Below, piece by piece: positions 59,516-64,000 of a stretch of DNA of 64,000 nucleotides. Each line of letters starts with the position of its first letter. Position 1 is the stretch's first letter. The stretch is from an uncultured Patescibacteria group bacterium (lineage in GTDB: Bacteria > Patescibacteriota > Microgenomatia > UBA1400 > PJMF01): assembly GCA_905478415.1 (NCBI GenBank), contig CAJQIG010000001.1:8818-72817 (forward strand), read 5' to 3'. Under the pieces are notes generated by a model. The model made no database searches and was not told the origin of the DNA. It saw only the letters and a program-made list of their open reading frames with translations. The translations under genes and the position numbers were made by a program.

Positions 59516-60685
59516 TTATGCTTTGTTTTCTGTATTGTATGTAAATGTATAAATATTTCTTCTGACGATCGCTTGTTCACGGAAGTACTCGATAGGTTCA
59601 GAGCTAGTAGTGTACCCCAAGCTGGCTAAACTGTCAATTAACTTTTCAAGTGTGTAGATGCGAGTTTTCCCTTTTTTATCTTGCACTACTATACTAGGAA
59701 TGACTATAACAACAGTTGCCCCATCTTTCAAAATCTTACTCCAGTGCCGAAAGGCACCTCTATAGAGTTTTTCAAGTCCCTTTAAAATAAACGGAACTTT
59801 GGCTGGATTTGGTTTTGGTTTTCCCAAGAAAGGTTCAGTTATAAGTAAATCAATTTTTTGTGAAGGGTTGACCTTGGTAACATCACCGCCTTTGATTTCT
59901 GGTGTTAGAGTAGTTTCAAACTGTTCTGCATACCAAGCAACATTTTCTTTCGTTCCACGAACAGCTTCTAGGTCTAGGTCTGATCCAATGAGATTGTTTT
60001 TTCCAAGAGCAATAGCTTCGAGTAAAATAGTTCCTGAACCGCAGAACGGATCATAGATGGCAGGCTGAGGTTCATCTGTGTGAGCCAGAGCAAGATTAAC
60101 CATCATCCGAGCAACTTTTGGAGGAAGCATACCTTTTTTTCGATCAGCATATGGTTTGTTTCGATCAACATTTGTCCAAGCATCAATGTTTTGAACAGCT
60201 ATGGTTTTTCCTAGTATGGTTCCCTTATTTGACCCAATCAAGACTATTTCTTGGATATGAGGTTTGTGAAGGAGTAAAGCTGCCGGTAGTCCAGTTCGTG
60301 GACCATCTTTGAATTGAGCTGAGTAACCAAGGCTTTGAAGATGTTTTTTAAGACTTCGGGCATTGAAAACTGGTAAGTGATCACGGCCCATCTCTGAAAA
60401 ACCAAAAGAAATTTTATTTTTAGTTTTTTCTCGGGTCAGAATTTTACTGGAACTTAAAAGTATGTCTTCATCATCGGGTTTTGTTTCAAAATGTTCGATG
60501 TGACGAATAATTTTGATTGTTCCGCCAAGTGTATCAAGTAGGTCTGTAGCTTCTGTATCTGATGCAAGATCAATTTGTGCTACTGCATCATTTAGCATCT
60601 CTATACGAACTAGAGGTAAGACTGCTTTGAGTTCAGCTATTGAAAATAGGGGTGTATTGCCGAGAAGGCAGTAGTATGTGTTCAT
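59516..60685 (-). CDS. putative N6-adenine/N2-guanine RNA methyltransferase (UPF0020/RlmL-like) with N-terminal THUMP-like region
   Basis: AdoMet motif DPFCGSGTILLEAIA and LLITEPF (DPPY-like) motif; sits between rpmA and rplU. Confidence 0.5.
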   Translation of the reverse strand: MNTYYCLLGNTPLFSIAELKAVLPLVRIEMLNDAVAQIDLASDTEATDLLDTLGGTIKIIRHIEHFETKPDDEDILLSSSKILTREKTKNKISFGFSEMGRDHLPVFNARSLKKHLQSLGYSAQFKDGPRTGLPAALLLHKPHIQEIVLIGSNKGTILGKTIAVQNIDAWTNVDRNKPYADRKKGMLPPKVARMMVNLALAHTDEPQPAIYDPFCGSGTILLEAIALGKNNLIGSDLDLEAVRGTKENVAWYAEQFETTLTPEIKGGDVTKVNPSQKIDLLITEPFLGKPKPNPAKVPFILKGLEKLYRGAFRHWSKILKDGATVVIVIPSIVVQDKKGKTRIYTLEKLIDSLASLGYTTSSEPIEYFREQAIVRRNIYTFTYNTENKA

Positions 60686-60751
60686 AGTTTGATGACAACC
60701 GGTTACGGACAGTTTCTTGTGTTATACGTCTTCAAACCAACTTTTTAAAAG

Positions 60752-61066
60752 TTAGGCTTTAATTTTAAGGACTTTTACAATTGTTTGTAATTGTTTGTGT
60801 CCCATGACTCTTCGATACTTTGATTTTGATTTATATTTAGCCACACGAATCTTAGGAGCTCGATTATGCTCGAGAACTGTCAAAGTGACTTCTGCTCCTG
60901 CAACGAGAGGTTCACCAATTTTGACGTCTTTTTCGGTTGCGCTGAGAAGTACGTCAGAGACTTTGAAGTCTTTGCCTTCTTCTGTTTCCAGACGAGCGAC
61001 AGTGATTTTATCACCTTCACTCACTTTGTATTGTTTGCCAGATATTTGAATAACTGCGTATGACAT
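60752..61066 (-). CDS. rplU: 50S ribosomal protein L21
   Basis: MSYAVIQISGKQYKVSEGD N-terminus typical of L21. Confidence 0.9.
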   Translation of the reverse strand: MSYAVIQISGKQYKVSEGDKITVARLETEEGKDFKVSDVLLSATEKDVKIGEPLVAGAEVTLTVLEHNRAPKIRVAKYKSKSKYRRVMGHKQLQTIVKVLKIKA

Positions 61067-61127
61067 ATACTTGTACTTTCTTCTTTTTTTGTGTCTAGTC
61101 CTTAGAACATAGAATTATACCATATAT

Positions 61128-62195
61128 TTATGAGAGGTGGAGTGTCAATTCTTTTTTTTGTTCAATCAGGGCAGCTTGGATGATACCAAAGGTTCCACAA
61201 AGAGTCAAAATTGAACTTCCCCCATATGAAAGCAGTGGGAGCGTAATCCCAGTAATAGGCAATAACCCCATGTTCATGCCTATATTCACAAATGTTTGGA
61301 GGGTGAGCACTGTTATAGTACTAAAAATAAACGCATTTTTAGCCTGGTCTCTTGAATTGAGTGCGATCCTGATCAAAAAAAGTACTAAGAGTAAGTAGAG
61401 GGTGAGAATCAAGACTGAGCCAATAAAACCAAACTCTTCGGCAATGGAAGCAAAGATGAAGTCAGTTTGCCTTTCTGGTAAAAATCTCAAGTGAGATTGA
61501 CTTCCTTCTCCGAGTCCTCTGCCGAGGAACTGGCCAGAGCCAACAGCAATCATGGCTTGATTGGCATTATAGCTAGCTCCTTGAGTATCTGCGGTTGGTT
61601 GGACAAAGCTAGTGAGTCTCTGTTTTTGGTATGGTTTAAGGATAAATGACCAGGAAAAAATGATTCCAATCAGTCCTAACGCTGCTAGAGAAAAAATATG
61701 ACGAGGGTTTGTTGGGATAAAAAGAAAAATGACGGAGACGCTTATAAGATAGACAACTGTGGTTCCTAGATCTGGTTCTATCAAAATTAAAAATGCTGGC
61801 AGCAAGATGCTTGCCACCAGCTTGAGAAAGTTCTGGAGTTGCATAGTCTTTATGTTCTGGGCAATGGTGCTGATATAGAGTCCCACTAGGGGTACAGCTA
61901 ATTGTGATGCCTGAAGCGCAAAGAGACCGCCAACAGTGATCCATCGAGCAGTATTCCTTGTTTGGAGTGAAATCAAAAGTGTCAAAGTCAATAAGAACAC
62001 AGTTACTCCATATCCGACAAAGCTCAAAGACTGAATTTGTTTCCATGAAAGCCGTGAAACACTTAAAAAAATGCCACCACCGACTACAAAAAAAAGTAAT
62101 TGGCGGGCAGCTAATTCTGGGGCAATACTACTTAGTGTCAGAATACTCAATAATCCAAATAGTGTTAGTAGTGCAGGTAAAAACCAGTATCTCAT
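61128..62195 (-). CDS. FtsW/RodA/SpoVE family peptidoglycan glycosyltransferase
   Basis: 10 TM helices, SEDS-family motifs (DLGT..., FLPERQTDFIFA). Confidence 0.8.
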   Translation of the reverse strand: MRYWFLPALLTLFGLLSILTLSSIAPELAARQLLFFVVGGGIFLSVSRLSWKQIQSLSFVGYGVTVFLLTLTLLISLQTRNTARWITVGGLFALQASQLAVPLVGLYISTIAQNIKTMQLQNFLKLVASILLPAFLILIEPDLGTTVVYLISVSVIFLFIPTNPRHIFSLAALGLIGIIFSWSFILKPYQKQRLTSFVQPTADTQGASYNANQAMIAVGSGQFLGRGLGEGSQSHLRFLPERQTDFIFASIAEEFGFIGSVLILTLYLLLVLFLIRIALNSRDQAKNAFIFSTITVLTLQTFVNIGMNMGLLPITGITLPLLSYGGSSILTLCGTFGIIQAALIEQKKELTLHLS

Positions 62196-62282
62196 TGTTC
62201 CAGTTGTACCACCTTTATAGAGAAAGAATCAATTGAAAGTTGAAAAGTGAGGCCAACATTATTTTGTTGGCCTCACCCTATA

Positions 62283-64000
62283 TTATTCGACGAGTGCTAG
62301 TGTCTCACCTTTTTTCAACGTTGAGTTTGTTTTTTTCTCGATTTCTGCTCGCCACGATTCTGGCCACTCTGGAGCTTGGACTGTGACAGCGGTATCAACT
62401 TTCAGCCCAGCTTTTTTTCTGAGTCGTTGAATAGTTCTCATTACTTCTCTTGCTTCACCTTCAGCTTCAAGTTCTGGTGTTAAGTCAGTAGCAAGGGAAA
62501 CCTTTAAACTTTCAGTGCTTTGATTCCAAGTAACTGCTTTTACATTGATTTCATCCATCAAAACTTGGAGGACATCATCTTTTGGTTGCTTGAGTTGAAC
62601 AAAAGTAGTGACATTGGCCAGTGGTTGGCGAACTTTTATACCAGCATCTCTCCGGGCTGCGTGTGCTTCAGCTACAACTTTGCGAATTGCAGACATGCTT
62701 TCTTCAAGTTCAGTATCGAGTAGATCGGTATTTGGTTGTGGCCAATCTGTGTGATGAATACTTTTTTTGTCCGATACCAGCTGATGGAAAAGCCAGTCAC
62801 TAAAGAATGGAGTAAAGGGGGCAAAGAGCTGGGCCATTCGCACTAACACAGTCCCGAACACTTTGACCGAGTCAGGATTTGTTCGTAACTGGTCACGACT
62901 TCTGCGTAGATACCAAGTGGAAACTTCGTCAACAAAGTTCATGAGGACTCGACTGGCTTTAACCACATTATAGCTATCCATGTACTCTGTAACCAATTGA
63001 GTTACCTTAGTAAGTCTGCTCATAATCCAGCGATCCATGACGGTGTTTGCAGTAGGCTCGACAGTGAGATCAAGTGAATCGTTCGGAGCATAGAGTTGGT
63101 AAAAAGCCACCATGTTGTACCAAATGACAAAGACCTTTTTTCGAATATCAGACACCTCTCGTTCATTGAAGTTGAGATTTTCTGACTTCATGACAGTTGA
63201 ACTCATCAAGTACAGGCGTAGACTATCTACACCATACTCATTAATGAGGGTCATTGGATCAGGGTAATTTTTCTTTGACTTGCTCATCTTGGTTCCATCT
63301 TCAGCCAAAATAGTGCCAGTAGTAAGTGTATTTTCGACAGCATTTTGTCCAAAAATACCAACTGACATTACATGCATAGTGTAAAACCATGCTCGAGTTT
63401 GAGCAATGTACTCACTTACAAATTGAGCGGGGTACGTTGATTCAAACTGTTCTTTATTTTCAAATGGATAGTGTTTCGAAGCGAATGGCATTGAGCCAGA
63501 TTCTACCCAACAGTCGAATACCTCTGGAATTCGTGTTCCTTTGACCGTTTTTTTGTCGTCAACCCAGACTTCTAGATCATCAATAAACTCTCGGTGCAGA
63601 TTTTCTACTTTTGTGGCTCTTGTGGTATCAACAGCCCACTTCTGCAGTTCAGCAACAGATCCAATGATCCGTTGTTGCCCGTCTTCTGATCGCCAGACAG
63701 GCATTGGAGTTCCCCAGTAGCGAGAACGTGAAATATTCCAGTCTGGTGCAGTTGCAAGTCCTTTTCCAAATCGGCCTTCTTTTAAATGTTCAGGAAACCA
63801 GTTCATCTTTTGATTTTGAGCGATCAAGTCAGATTTCAATTTCTGAACATCGATAAACCAAGCAGGAACTGCGTTGTAATAGAGCGGGGTTGTACAGCGG
63901 TAGCAGAATGGGTATGAGTGAGTTATCTTCTCGGCTCGATACATCAGTCCTCGTGTTTCTAAGTCCTCATTAATTATTTTTTCGGCAGATTTATAAAATT
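62283..64000 (-). CDS. ileS: isoleucyl-tRNA synthetase, C-terminal part (gene continues beyond the window end)
   Basis: KMSKS motif (KMSKSKKN); DWNISRSRYWGTPMPVW matches the IleRS editing/catalytic junction; the reading frame is still open at 64000. Confidence 0.8.
   Translation of the reverse strand, partial: FYKSAEKIINEDLETRGLMYRAEKITHSYPFCYRCTTPLYYNAVPAWFIDVQKLKSDLIAQNQKMNWFPEHLKEGRFGKGLATAPDWNISRSRYWGTPMPVWRSEDGQQRIIGSVAELQKWAVDTTRATKVENLHREFIDDLEVWVDDKKTVKGTRIPEVFDCWVESGSMPFASKHYPFENKEQFESTYPAQFVSEYIAQTRAWFYTMHVMSVGIFGQNAVENTLTTGTILAEDGTKMSKSKKNYPDPMTLINEYGVDSLRLYLMSSTVMKSENLNFNEREVSDIRKKVFVIWYNMVAFYQLYAPNDSLDLTVEPTANTVMDRWIMSRLTKVTQLVTEYMDSYNVVKASRVLMNFVDEVSTWYLRRSRDQLRTNPDSVKVFGTVLVRMAQLFAPFTPFFSDWLFHQLVSDKKSIHHTDWPQPNTDLLDTELEESMSAIRKVVAEAHAARRDAGIKVRQPLANVTTFVQLKQPKDDVLQVLMDEINVKAVTWNQSTESLKVSLATDLTPELEAEGEAREVMRTIQRLRKKAGLKVDTAVTVQAPEWPESWRAEIEKKTNSTLKKGETLALVE

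Noticed and set aside
1-64000. Possibility of an alternative genetic code (e.g. UGA recoding as in some reduced-genome lineages)
   Set aside because: Conserved genes (dnaE, pyrG, gatA/B, hsdR, ileS) are full-length and uninterrupted under the standard code, so no recoding needs to be invoked
1-64000. CRISPR arrays or cas genes
   Set aside because: No regularly spaced direct repeats seen by eye and no Cas-like proteins in the ORF set; the RecB/Cas4-like domain at 19067..20578 is fused to an exonuclease and has no neighbouring cas genes

Overview
Low-GC bacterial window with small, tightly packed genes; the core gene content looks like a reduced-genome lineage, but I do not assign a taxon. It splits into two parts.

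Part A, positions 1 to about 36181, is an integrative/conjugative-type mobile island inserted at the 3' end of a minus-strand tRNA-Glu (36182..36256). A large serine recombinase gene abuts the tRNA and its ORF reads into it. The island carries a Gram-positive/minimal-type type IV secretion set: VirB2-like pilin, VirB6-like, VirB3-like, a VirB4 split into two overlapping ORFs, an M23 hydrolase and a VirD4 coupling protein. It also carries a replication-relaxation protein and an ArdC-like antirestriction protein preceded by a hairpin-rich leader.

The island is dense in defence cargo. The T4SS operon ends with a solo OLD-family ATPase-Toprim nuclease and an XRE-family HTH regulator, with a PLD-family (HKD) nuclease divergent from them. 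A co-directional 14 kb block (9217..23233) holds hsdM/hsdS/hsdR followed after 13 bp by a second OLD-family nuclease translationally coupled to a UvrD-like helicase (Gabija / class 2 OLD-like). Next come a RecB-like plus DEDDy exonuclease fusion (DUF2779-like), a GmrSD-type DUF262/DUF1524 protein with a C-terminal AlbA_2/Schlafen-like domain, and a tightly linked 123-aa unknown. A GC-richer sugar-modification cassette (SDR epimerase, radical SAM, SDR epimerase) with GNAT and NUDIX genes sits inside the island.

Part B, 36182 to 64000, is core genome: tRNA-Glu, YraN, rplS, pyrG, Tat-signal metallophosphoesterase, dnaE, gatCAB, htpX-lemA, tRNA-Asp, NUDIX paralogs, CPBP protease, tRNA-Thr, a small polysaccharide cluster (Wzy-like, GT2, Wzx-like), lepB, parB, rpmA, a methyltransferase, rplU, ftsW/rodA and a partial ileS. 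An 18-nt direct repeat of the tRNA-Asp 3' end about 845 bp downstream marks a small degraded insertion.

No CRISPR array or rRNA was seen. All calls rest on motif reading of the supplied translations and on DNA inspection by eye. No database search was possible.
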